Of a stretch of 64,000 nt of DNA, positions 46,437 to 55,676 are shown one piece after another (the first letter of the stretch is position 1; every line of letters starts with the position of its first letter). The stretch lies in assembly GCA_965262865.1 (NCBI GenBank), contig CBDHFZ010000003.1, positions 27,294-91,293 on the forward strand. Direction: 5' to 3'. A program made the position numbers and the translations under genes. The notes beneath the pieces are model-generated. The model made no database searches and was not told the origin of the DNA. It saw only the letters and a program-made list of their open reading frames with translations. The DNA comes from Dehalococcoidia bacterium (GTDB lineage Bacteria; Chloroflexota; Dehalococcoidia; Lucifugimonadales; UBA3495).

Positions 46437-48965
46437 ATGTTGGACATAGATACCAGACGACGAATAGACACCGCCCGAGACATCCTGGTTGGCAAGGTGC
46501 CGGACCCCAAGAGCCAGGTGGAGCAGATTACTATCGCTCTGATTTACAAGTTCATGGATGACCTGGACGCTGAGAGTGAAGAATTAGGCGGAGAGCGAAA
46601 TTTCTTCTCAGGCGACTTTGCAAGGTACGGCTGGGCTAAGCTGATGCATCCGAGCCTCGGCGGGTACGAGACGCTGAGCCTCTACGCCGAGGCAATAACC
46701 AGGATGCCGGAGAATCCGGGCATTCCCCTGTTGTTCAGGGATATATTCAACAATGCTTATTTGCCATATCGAGACCCTGAGACTCTACGGGCGTTCCTAA
46801 AGGTCATTGACGAGTTCACCTACGATCACTCGGAGCGATTGGGCGACGCCTTCGAGTATTTGCTCTCGGTCCTTGGCGCCCAGGGCGATGCCGGGCAGTT
46901 CCGCACTCCACGCCACATCATCGACTTCATCGTGAGCGTCGTGGACCCGAAGAAGAACGACATCGTTCTGGACCCGGCCTGTGGCACCGCCGGCTTCCTT
47001 ATATCGGCCTACAAGCACATTCTGGCGGCCAACGCCGATGGAAACGGGCAAAGCACGTTGACGCCTGACGACCGGGGCCGGTTAGTCAACAACTTCAAGG
47101 GCTACGATATTTCGCCGGACATGGTGCGCCTCTCCCTAGTGAATATGTACCTGCACGGGTTCCGTGAGCCTCACATCTACGAATACGACACTCTCACCAG
47201 TGAGGAGCGGTGGAACGAATACGCCGACGTTGTCCTGGCCAACCCGCCTTTCATGTCGCCCCGTGGCGGCATCCGGCCCCACAACCGCTTTTCCGTCAAG
47301 TCCACTCGGAGCGAGGTTCTGTTCGTGGACTACATGGCGGAGCACCTGAGTCCCGAAGGACGCGCCGGAATAATCGTCCCGGAGGGAATCATCTTCCAAA
47401 GCCAGACAGCGTACAGGCAGCTTCGGAAGATGCTGGTGGAAGACTATCTGGTGGCTGTAATATCCCTCCCCGCCGGGGTGTTTAACCCCTACTCAGGCGT
47501 TAAGACTTCAGTCCTCTTCCTGGACCGGGCGCTGGCAAAGCGAACGGACAGTATTGCCTTCTTCAGACTGGAGAACGATGGCTTTGATTTGGGTGCCCAA
47601 CGCCGTCGCATAGACAAGAACGACTTGCCCCACGCACAGGCCGAGCTTGGCGAATACCTCGACCGCCTGCGGCGGGGCGAGAGCGTGGAGGATTTTCGTT
47701 CCACGTTGAGCATAGTGGCTGAGAAAAAAAAGGTCGGCGAAGGCGGAGAGTACAACCTTAGTGGAGAAAGGTACAGAGAGAATAAAGCAGGGGATTACAA
47801 ATATCCCGTAGCCAAGATAGGTGAAATTTGCACTATCAATCCTCGCAAGAATGAATTAGTCGATCGTAGCCCAGACACACTCGTCTCCTTCGTTCCTATG
47901 GTTGACCTCAACGAAAACCGAATGCTATTTCAACCAATGCAGGAGAAACTGCTGGCCGAAGTCTTAGGCAGCTACACCTATTTCGCGGACGGCGATGTGC
48001 TTCTTGCAAGAGTTACGCCATGTTTTGAGAATGGCAAGGCAGGTATCGCTCAGGGACTTCTAAACGGTATCGGCTTCGGGTCTAGTGAATTCATCGTTCT
48101 GAGATGCGGAGATGGCATTTTGCCAGAATGGATGTATTTTTGCGTCACGCATCCGTTGTTTCGCAATTGGGCTGTTCACCAGATGACGGGAACGGGGGGA
48201 CTCCAACGTGTACCGCGTTCATCCGTAGCAGGCTTTCAGGTCCCTCTTCCGCCGCTGGAGGTCCAACGGGAAATTGTGGCCGAGATAGCAGGCTATCAGA
48301 AGGTGATCGAAGGGGCGCGGGCAGTGGTGGAGAACTACCGGCCTCATATAGTGGTTGACCCGGAATGGCCGTTGGTGGCGTTGAGAGATGTTTGCGAAAT
48401 CAACCCTGAAACCATCAACCCGGCTTTGGCCTATCCAGACCAGACCATCTTTTACATTGATATTTCTTCAGTGGAAAACGAAACAGGGCGATTTTTGGGG
48501 TACAGCGAAGTGGCCTCAACTGACGCGCCGAGTAGGGCTCGACGCGGGATTCAAAGCGGTGATGTTTTACTTTCGACTGTACGCCCTAACTTGAAAGCAT
48601 TTACTCTTCTCGACGAAGTGGAGGACCGTGCAATAGCTTCGACAGGGTTCGCTGTGCTTAGAGTTCGTGCGCCTTCTGTTGAGCCTGCATTTGTGCTGAA
48701 TTCAGTGAGTTCTGAACAAGCGGTCAACCAAATGGTAAGCATGATGGGAAAGGGTGCATACCCAAGCATCAATCAGTCGGATGTTGCGGCCATAAAGATC
48801 GCCCTCCCGCCATTGGATGTCCAACAGAAAATCGTTACCGAGATTGACGGTGAGCGATCCCTTGTCCAAGCAAACCGGGAGCTAATCGAGCGGTTTGAGA
48901 AGAAGATTCAGGCTGCTATTGCGCAAGTGTGGAGGAAGGATGCGTCCGCTCTGGCGGATGCGTAG
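46437..48965 (+). CDS. fused Type I methyltransferase-specificity subunit (HsdM-HsdS fusion, 842 aa)
   Basis: The HsdM_N-like N-terminus is followed by FRTPRHIIDFIV, DPACGTAGFL and the VLANPPF catalytic motif. Two target-recognition domains follow (..IGEICTINPRKNEL..VTPCFENGKAG.. and ..LRDVCEINPETINP..STVRPNLKAF..) with conserved PPL.VQ..IV.EI spacers. Confidence 0.9.
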   Translation: MLDIDTRRRIDTARDILVGKVPDPKSQVEQITIALIYKFMDDLDAESEELGGERNFFSGDFARYGWAKLMHPSLGGYETLSLYAEAITRMPENPGIPLLFRDIFNNAYLPYRDPETLRAFLKVIDEFTYDHSERLGDAFEYLLSVLGAQGDAGQFRTPRHIIDFIVSVVDPKKNDIVLDPACGTAGFLISAYKHILAANADGNGQSTLTPDDRGRLVNNFKGYDISPDMVRLSLVNMYLHGFREPHIYEYDTLTSEERWNEYADVVLANPPFMSPRGGIRPHNRFSVKSTRSEVLFVDYMAEHLSPEGRAGIIVPEGIIFQSQTAYRQLRKMLVEDYLVAVISLPAGVFNPYSGVKTSVLFLDRALAKRTDSIAFFRLENDGFDLGAQRRRIDKNDLPHAQAELGEYLDRLRRGESVEDFRSTLSIVAEKKKVGEGGEYNLSGERYRENKAGDYKYPVAKIGEICTINPRKNELVDRSPDTLVSFVPMVDLNENRMLFQPMQEKLLAEVLGSYTYFADGDVLLARVTPCFENGKAGIAQGLLNGIGFGSSEFIVLRCGDGILPEWMYFCVTHPLFRNWAVHQMTGTGGLQRVPRSSVAGFQVPLPPLEVQREIVAEIAGYQKVIEGARAVVENYRPHIVVDPEWPLVALRDVCEINPETINPALAYPDQTIFYIDISSVENETGRFLGYSEVASTDAPSRARRGIQSGDVLLSTVRPNLKAFTLLDEVEDRAIASTGFAVLRVRAPSVEPAFVLNSVSSEQAVNQMVSMMGKGAYPSINQSDVAAIKIALPPLDVQQKIVTEIDGERSLVQANRELIERFEKKIQAAIAQVWRKDASALADA

Positions 48966-48968
48966 GCT

Positions 48969-49688
48969 ATGGATGAAGCTCTCGATTTGGCCGACTATCT
49001 CCCGGCTTCCTTCAGGACCTCTAGCGATCAGGAATACGTTTCTTTCCTGTGGGAGGCATTTGAGGAAAACTACGCTAGAGCCAAATACCAGTTTGCCCTT
49101 CTTGCCTACCATATGCTCATGATGAGCTTCGTTTACTTCAACCTTTGGCAAATTAAGCAGATTCAGCCCGATGATTTCGCGAAGGGTGTGATTGGCTTTG
49201 CTAGAGAGGAAAGCCAATTGCTCCAGGCGACTTCACCATTCACGTTCAGTGTAGCTAATGAGAGTTCTGCCATGCGACTTCTTAAACTCATCGGGTGTGA
49301 CAACGGCAAGATTGGTCAATATTTGAAGCTTGTCGGAGACCGGAACAACGCTGCTCATACGAACGGTCACATCTCTTTCACGACACAACGTCAGGTTGAC
49401 GAGCAAATCCGCCAAGTGCTCCGGTCGGTTGAGGAAATTCAAACCCTCTCCCATCCCATTATCCAAAGCTGCTATGAAAAGTTTCTACTCGACAGTTACG
49501 ACCCTGACGAACGGGAGTACCAGGATGCAGAAGACCAAATTCGTGAGGTGCTGATTCACGGCAACTATATGTCCCGGAAAGACATCGAGCTGTGCGCCAA
49601 CTTCGACGTTTCGGCTTTGGAGAATGAAAACAAGGGTGCAATCGAAGCCCTGCACAATACCCTATGCGACGCCTACGGACCCGCGTAG
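48969..49688 (+). CDS. HEPN-like (DUF4145/Abi-type) protein embedded in the R-M operon (239 aa)
   Basis: The gene starts 4 nt after the hsdMS stop. The Rx4H motif GDRNNAAH lies at 49341-49358 in an all-helical context. This gene type is commonly found inside Type I R-M loci. Confidence 0.65.
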   Translation: MDEALDLADYLPASFRTSSDQEYVSFLWEAFEENYARAKYQFALLAYHMLMMSFVYFNLWQIKQIQPDDFAKGVIGFAREESQLLQATSPFTFSVANESSAMRLLKLIGCDNGKIGQYLKLVGDRNNAAHTNGHISFTTQRQVDEQIRQVLRSVEEIQTLSHPIIQSCYEKFLLDSYDPDEREYQDAEDQIREVLIHGNYMSRKDIELCANFDVSALENENKGAIEALHNTLCDAYGPA

Positions 49689-49870
49689 GTAAACACGTAA
49701 AACCGGGTTGGGTGAATAAATTTTTCCGGTCGGTGAGAAAAGCATGGGTAGTACTTAATCGGAAGGTTCGTCGACTTTGGGCAACTTTCTGACGGTCGAG
49801 CCTTGCAGCCCGTCCGAGAGTTCCGTTTGCTTATGGGGTATGGGAATTGCCATAAGAAGCAAGGAGGGCC

Positions 49871-50176
49871 ATGACCACTAACAACTCAGGCAAGCTGAAT
49901 ATGGGCGGAGTGAGCGCTATCATAGACATCACTAGCAAGCCGCCCAGCGAGCGAACACCTCAGCAGTCTACTTACCTAGCCGCCTGCCTGACGGCGCTTG
50001 CCCACCAGCCTAGTCGCTGGTACTCGTATCAAGATTGGGGGCCGAGCGGTCCTGTACAGTTCTTGGCGCAGAGGGGGATAGAGTTCACCCCCGTCCTTGG
50101 CAATCGTACTGGAGGCCGGTCCTGGTATAACGGATGCGAGTGCAACGAAAAACACTGGCGGGAAATACAACCATGA
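49871..50176 (+). CDS. hypothetical protein (101 aa)
   Basis: The ATG is preceded by AAGGAGG at ideal spacing. The stop overlaps the next start (ATGA 50173-50176). I recognised no motif. Confidence 0.5.
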   Translation: MTTNNSGKLNMGGVSAIIDITSKPPSERTPQQSTYLAACLTALAHQPSRWYSYQDWGPSGPVQFLAQRGIEFTPVLGNRTGGRSWYNGCECNEKHWREIQP

Positions 50177-50364
50177 CCACGTATAACCCAGCCACACCAG
50201 CGCAAGGGAATACAGCGGATGAGTTGAATGGCACCATATCCAACAAGCAACCGGAACCCGTCCGAGAAATACTTGGTCGAAACGAGAGTCAGTGTATGAG
50301 CGCAATAAGCCCACTTTCCAGCGCAGATAGTGGCGATAGCAATAATTCAATGGAATCTCTTTGA
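50173..50364 (+). CDS. hypothetical small protein (63 aa)
   Basis: This is an internal ATG of track ORF 50134..50364, translationally coupled to the upstream ORF. The product is polar and low-complexity. Confidence 0.35.
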   Translation: MTTYNPATPAQGNTADELNGTISNKQPEPVREILGRNESQCMSAISPLSSADSGDSNNSMESL

Positions 50365-50415
50365 CTATATTATTAGCCAATATTAATTCTCAGAAAGGCT
50401 GGCAGTGCCGGTTGG

Positions 50416-52188
50416 GTGAGCCGCTTGATTATGGACAAAATTAGCTGGCTTCATATCTCTGATTTCCATTTCAGAGCCAAAGGGGATAATTTCAGCCAGG
50501 AGGTGTCATGCGACGCGCTGGTGCGTGACATTCCTTCGCGTCTGTCGGATGAATATCCCTTGCAGTTCATTGTAGCCACTGGCGACATCGCCTTCTCTGG
50601 ACTGTCCAGCGAATATGAGCTTGCTTCAGCCTTTTTTGCTTCGCTTTTAAACAACCTCGGGCTTGACGCTGAGCGTCTTTGTATCGTGGCAGGCAATCAC
50701 GATGTTGACCGCAATAGCCAAGTCTACATGTATGAAGGAGTTCGGTCGCGCCTGACCAACCAAAGGGATATCGATGAGTTTCTGGGTATAGAAGCCGAAC
50801 GCATGCAGTTAATGGAAAGGCAATTGGCGTTTCGTGAGTTCCGAGACCGTTTACTCGTCGACGGTCAAATAAGCGAAACGAACGAGGGATTAGCCAGGAT
50901 TCGCCATTTCGACCTCAGCGGCTTCCGAGTTTGTGTAATGGAACTAAATTCTGCCTGGTTGTCAGGAGATAAGGACCACCCTGGCAGCCTCTTGGTCGGT
51001 GAGAGGCAAATAATCGGTGCTCTGAGGTTGGCTGAGAGTCATACTCCCCACCTAACTGTTGCTTTGACCCACCACCCGACGGACTGGCTAGCAGAGTTCG
51101 ACCGAACAGTTTTCACCAACCGGTTAGTTCCGCAAGTGGACGTTTTCCACAGCGGCCATCTTCATACGCACCAAGCATTCATCATGCTAGTGCCAGGTTC
51201 GCAATGCCTTCACTCAACTGCCGGTTCAAGCCATGAGACTCGCCACTACAAGAACTCGTACAACTTGTTGGAGTACGACATTGGCAACGCGACTTGCAAA
51301 ATTCGCCAGTTCGAATATAAAACCGACTCTGGGGAGTTTCAAGAATTACAAGGGATCGAGTGCGGGCTACCTCCCAGAGGAGAGATACAAGCTACTCAGG
51401 CAGAGCTCGCAGGTGTGCTCCGAGAAAGTATACCGGAGGCCGAACCCTATGCAGGATACATGGCATCTCTCCTAACGGGAGGGCTGGAGGAAGTGCCAAT
51501 ATTGTTGGATGCTGAAACCACGACTTTCGGATCCAAGGGATTCCCGGCTGAGTACCAAATTCCCGAGGTCTGGCATTTCTTGCGCATATCAAATTTCCTC
51601 AAGGTTTTTGATACAGTTCCCTTGCATGAGATGATCTCGAACCAAGCGGAAGCAATTGCCGGCTTCGCGACCTTTCTGAGTAAGACCGCATCGACCGACG
51701 CCGATTTCGCGAATCTGCTTTCTAACCGTGAGCTCCAGGCGCAGAAGCTATCAGGGGTAGGTTTATTCGAGACTTCTACCTTTCAGGAACAGTATCTTGA
51801 CGAATTGGCGAATGGTGGAGAGTTGGCAGAACTAATCGAGACGGCAAGTCGGTATAGTAATTCTTCGGACAAGTTCGTACGGGTTGCCGCTAGGAGGTAC
51901 CTCGCATGGGCCCTTTTGCAACAGGATGATTTAGAGATGAGGAGAGAAGGATCAAGCCTCGCTTCTCAAAATCTTGATGAAGATTGGGCCGAATGTAGAG
52001 ACTACCTCTTGGCATCAGCCGCCGCCGAATCTTCGGGGGACTACAGCCTTTCGGAGAGTATCGCGATGAGAGCTCTGCAGATTTGGCCCGATGATCCTGA
52101 CCTTCGGACGCATTGCCGTTCCTTTGCTATGCAACGAGGAAGTCAAGCCCTCAGGCAACGTTTACACGAAACGGGAGGGACCGTTTAA
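50416..52188 (+). CDS. calcineurin-like metallophosphoesterase with ~270-aa helical (TPR-like) C-terminal extension (590 aa)
   Basis: The full MPE motif series is present in order: HISDFH, GDIAFSG, GNHD, HHP, GHLH. An alternative start is ATG 50431. The stop overlaps the next gene's start. Confidence 0.85.
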   Translation: MSRLIMDKISWLHISDFHFRAKGDNFSQEVSCDALVRDIPSRLSDEYPLQFIVATGDIAFSGLSSEYELASAFFASLLNNLGLDAERLCIVAGNHDVDRNSQVYMYEGVRSRLTNQRDIDEFLGIEAERMQLMERQLAFREFRDRLLVDGQISETNEGLARIRHFDLSGFRVCVMELNSAWLSGDKDHPGSLLVGERQIIGALRLAESHTPHLTVALTHHPTDWLAEFDRTVFTNRLVPQVDVFHSGHLHTHQAFIMLVPGSQCLHSTAGSSHETRHYKNSYNLLEYDIGNATCKIRQFEYKTDSGEFQELQGIECGLPPRGEIQATQAELAGVLRESIPEAEPYAGYMASLLTGGLEEVPILLDAETTTFGSKGFPAEYQIPEVWHFLRISNFLKVFDTVPLHEMISNQAEAIAGFATFLSKTASTDADFANLLSNRELQAQKLSGVGLFETSTFQEQYLDELANGGELAELIETASRYSNSSDKFVRVAARRYLAWALLQQDDLEMRREGSSLASQNLDEDWAECRDYLLASAAAESSGDYSLSESIAMRALQIWPDDPDLRTHCRSFAMQRGSQALRQRLHETGGTV

Positions 52189-54428
52189 TGGCGAACGAAT
52201 CCAGCAGCTTCGAGGTAGGAATCGAATTTAGCAGTGTGCTCTCAGCTATCTCGAAGCAAATTTACGACACTCCTTATGCGTTTCTTCGAGAAAACCTCCA
52301 AAACGCTATCGATGCTTCTCGAATACAAGCCAGACGGAAAACGATTTCTCCAAGCGACCCTTCCTTAAGAATAGACATCAAGGTCCAAGGAGATTCTGTC
52401 CGTATCCGTGACCGCGGCATTGGAATGTCACCAGATGACTTGCGACACCTATACTGGACGATCGGCGCCAGCGGGAAGCGTAACGACGAAGCGAGGGCTG
52501 CCGGATGCGTGGGAATGTTCGGAATAGGAGGATTCGCGAACCTCGGTGTTTGCAACAGGCTTATCGTCACATCACAGGCCGAACAAGTCACAGGGCAGCG
52601 AACCGAACTTAGTCGTGCCGATATTGATAGTGCCGTCGGCTTACCACAAGTTGCCCAAGAGCCATCTGATGAGGCCTCGCCTCGAGGAACGATAGTTGAG
52701 GGCATCCTTGAGGCGCCAACCCCGGAGGATGAGCTTCGCCAGTATATTCAAGAGATAGTAAGGTATTGTCGTGAACCAATCTACTTCAACGGAAACTTGA
52801 TATCAAGTGAGCAGCCTGGCTCACATATCCAGACCCATACGCCGATTGATTCCAACAAATGGTCGCACGCTGGGATCGAGATTACGGGCATGGTTTACAG
52901 AGTTGACGACCAGACGCTAGGTGCCAAACTAGAAGGGTTGGAACGGCAAGGTGAAGCTTCGGAGCTTTTTGCTATGCTTCGGTTTGAGGGAAGCGGCATT
53001 GATGTCCGCAAGCAAGGATTCAGGCTGTGTGGGACCTCTGTTCCTACCAAAATCGGCGTGTCTGGGTTTATCGATTGTAACCTGCTTTCACCTACCGCCG
53101 GGAGAGATTCTCTGAACCCTGAATCGAGCACACTTGTGGCGAAGATTGTTGGTGCAATGGAACGCGTTGCAGTCTTGACTGTGTTGGAGTCGAGCGACCT
53201 CATCGAACAGCACACCAGAATCTTCCGATATGTGAGGGAAAATGCGCTCATTGACAAATTGGGCAAAGTGAAAGTTCAAGCTGCTGGAGGCTCCTGGCAT
53301 TCCTTGGATGAACTTAAGGTTAAAGCCAACAATGGATCACAGATATTTTTCGGGACTGCGGGAAACGCAGCACTTACGAACGTTTTGCATAGCCGCGGGC
53401 ATATCGTGGTGTTCCTCCCGAACGACAGCCATAAGGCAGCGGCAATCCGAGATTACTTGTCCTCGGTGGGGGCGACAGACCTCAGGGGCCAAGTCGAGTG
53501 TTCAGAGCAATATGAGGACTTGAACCGGTTCGAGAAGGCCTTCCTCGCCGAACTATCGGAGACAATCTCCAGCATCTACCAAGTGAGTAGAGTGTCCCTT
53601 ACGCCTGGCAGTTTGACAGAGGACATTCCAATTTACGTGTCTAATGCGTCATCCGGGGCAGCCACACCACTTCGGATATATGTTGACGTGCGTCACGAAG
53701 ATGTGGCTAAACTAGCAAAATTTGGCATCACCGCCCTGTTCCGATCGATGGTCTCGGCTTTCTGCCGTGAGTATCTTGGCCAGACCCTGAGGTCTCGGAG
53801 CCCTAAGTTCTTCGGAAGCGGAGCAGTGAACCTGGACTGGCTTGCAGGACACCGGTCAGAGATTTGGGTTCTCTTGACCGATGATATTGCTGTCGTTGAC
53901 CGGGCTGTACGGCGACAAGTTATAACATCACAAGACATTCGTGTTGTGTCAGCTTCACCAGGAGTAGCAGGTGTCCAGCCGCAGTCCAACGACGAAGAAG
54001 AGCCTAAGCTTGTCAAAATTGTAGGGGCTGGACATGACTTTAGAGATCTAGACGGATACTATCTTAGAATTCCCAACTCAGCTTCCGCTGCATACGGAGA
54101 CTTGATAGTTGCAAGTGATGACCACGGTGCAGTTTGGATGGGTAACAAGATCACACTGTTGGCATCTGACGGTATCAGCACAGCATTTCAATTCGAGGTC
54201 AAGCTAGACCAGTTGCTATTGAATGCTGATGGGAACTCGCTTTCCCAGGGTGCAGTCGAAATTGAAGGTTCAATCCAGGAGTTGTTTGGAGGTCTATATT
54301 TTCCACTCCCAACCGAGCTTGAACGACATCTAGTGCCGGTCAGAGACCAAGAGGTCCGCATCGAGGTCTTGTTTGACTGGCTCGATTTTGTCGGTTCCCG
54401 TAGCTGGACAGCTCGCGACCGGGAATGA
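52188..54428 (+). CDS. GHKL (Hsp90/MORC/sacsin-like) ATPase with large unassigned C-terminal region (746 aa)
   Basis: ATG 52188 overlaps the TAA of the upstream gene (TAATG). Bergerat-fold motifs are LRENLQNAIDA (N box), IRDRGIGMS (G1) and GMFGIGGFANLG (G2). I did not recognise the remaining ~550 aa. Confidence 0.85.
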   Translation: MANESSSFEVGIEFSSVLSAISKQIYDTPYAFLRENLQNAIDASRIQARRKTISPSDPSLRIDIKVQGDSVRIRDRGIGMSPDDLRHLYWTIGASGKRNDEARAAGCVGMFGIGGFANLGVCNRLIVTSQAEQVTGQRTELSRADIDSAVGLPQVAQEPSDEASPRGTIVEGILEAPTPEDELRQYIQEIVRYCREPIYFNGNLISSEQPGSHIQTHTPIDSNKWSHAGIEITGMVYRVDDQTLGAKLEGLERQGEASELFAMLRFEGSGIDVRKQGFRLCGTSVPTKIGVSGFIDCNLLSPTAGRDSLNPESSTLVAKIVGAMERVAVLTVLESSDLIEQHTRIFRYVRENALIDKLGKVKVQAAGGSWHSLDELKVKANNGSQIFFGTAGNAALTNVLHSRGHIVVFLPNDSHKAAAIRDYLSSVGATDLRGQVECSEQYEDLNRFEKAFLAELSETISSIYQVSRVSLTPGSLTEDIPIYVSNASSGAATPLRIYVDVRHEDVAKLAKFGITALFRSMVSAFCREYLGQTLRSRSPKFFGSGAVNLDWLAGHRSEIWVLLTDDIAVVDRAVRRQVITSQDIRVVSASPGVAGVQPQSNDEEEPKLVKIVGAGHDFRDLDGYYLRIPNSASAAYGDLIVASDDHGAVWMGNKITLLASDGISTAFQFEVKLDQLLLNADGNSLSQGAVEIEGSIQELFGGLYFPLPTELERHLVPVRDQEVRIEVLFDWLDFVGSRSWTARDRE

Positions 54429-54556
54429 TTGTGGGAGGCCAGAGCGACTGCTTATATTGGGACCTCCCACCGAAAAGTTCGCAATTCGGTACGCGCAGGC
54501 CCGCGTAGCGGGTCGGAGAGGTTGAATACTCCCGACGAATGCCATGAGGCAACCTG

Positions 54557-54997
54557 ATGACTGCACAGTCAGAGCTAAATCACGATTCCTCCGCCGTTCA
54601 GAAACACCTGGAGATAATGCAGGGCGTGATAAACCGGATGGCGGAGAACAGCCGCTCCTGCAAGGTCTGGAGCGTCCCCCTCGTAGCGGCTATCCTAGTG
54701 CTGGTGGCGCGGACGGGAAAGGCGGACCATGCGCTGATAGCATTAGCTCCGACGGTCCTTTTCTATTTCTTGGATGCCTACTACCTTGCCTTGGAGCGGG
54801 ATTTCCGGCATTCTTATGGTAGCTTCGTCCGCCGACTCCATGAAGGGCAGGTCGTCACCTCAGACCTGTTCGCCGTAATCCCTGCGGGTTCGATATGGCG
54901 GGGAACCCTTTGGGCGATGTTCCTGTCTTTCTCGGTACCGCCTTTCTACACTGTGGTCGTCGCCACGGTGCTGCTGGCCTGGCTGCTGATCCTGTAG
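54557..54997 (+). CDS. small multi-pass membrane protein (146 aa)
   Basis: An amphipathic N-terminus is followed by hydrophobic spans VWSVPLVAAILVLVA, ALIALAPTVLFYFLDAYYLAL and WAMFLSFSVPPFYTVVVATVLLAWLLIL. It is on the same strand as the MPE/GHKL genes. Confidence 0.6.
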   Translation: MTAQSELNHDSSAVQKHLEIMQGVINRMAENSRSCKVWSVPLVAAILVLVARTGKADHALIALAPTVLFYFLDAYYLALERDFRHSYGSFVRRLHEGQVVTSDLFAVIPAGSIWRGTLWAMFLSFSVPPFYTVVVATVLLAWLLIL

Positions 54998-55065
54998 TTG
55001 GGGCAGGAAGCAGAGGGGTTGTTGAGCGGAATCTTGGTCGCCCAGAGACGACAGGCCGGTAGTCA

Positions 55066-55626
55066 GTGCCTACATTGTCTGAACTCCCGAAGCGACTCGA
55101 GGAAAGACAACGGATGAGGGCAATAGCGAAGCCAATAGCACTGAATGCTTTAGCCGGTTTGATTGCCGGTCTATCAGTGTCTGCGTTTTTATGGACTGCG
55201 GACTATCTCAGTGACCGGTCGGCTAATCGCCAGGACGTGAAACACATCTGTGAATTGTTGGCCGAAGGAAGAGCCCACGTAATGGAAGCCAGGGGTACGT
55301 CTTTCGAAGGCATGGGTGCAACGGCGTCAGCAGACAGTATTCGTGCTAGGCAGTACAACAGAATGATAAAGGAACTTGACGTAGCCTTCGAAATGTGGAC
55401 GGTAAATCTGTCCCACACGCAAAGGAAGGAAATATACGATGCCTTGGACTGGTATCACGTTCGGCCAGATGCACAATTTGCTATTAAGAGAGATGGGAAA
55501 GTGGTTTTCCAAGAGGTTCCCGACGGCAAATGGCCCACGGCAGAAATGTCAATGGAAGCGGCTAGCGAGAAGTTCGACAAACTTCAATCCATCGAATGGC
55601 TGAAGCTAAAGTCAGATTGCAGTTGA
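55066..55626 (+). CDS. membrane-anchored protein (186 aa), single N-terminal TM helix
   Basis: IAKPIALNALAGLIAGLSVSAFLW is a TM segment followed by a soluble helical domain. The GTG start is from the ORF track. It is the last gene before the IS debris. Confidence 0.55.
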   Translation: MPTLSELPKRLEERQRMRAIAKPIALNALAGLIAGLSVSAFLWTADYLSDRSANRQDVKHICELLAEGRAHVMEARGTSFEGMGATASADSIRARQYNRMIKELDVAFEMWTVNLSHTQRKEIYDALDWYHVRPDAQFAIKRDGKVVFQEVPDGKWPTAEMSMEAASEKFDKLQSIEWLKLKSDCS

Positions 55627-55676
55627 GTTCTTACCCACATTGTTGGCCCATCATGATGTAATCGGCTGTCGAAGTT

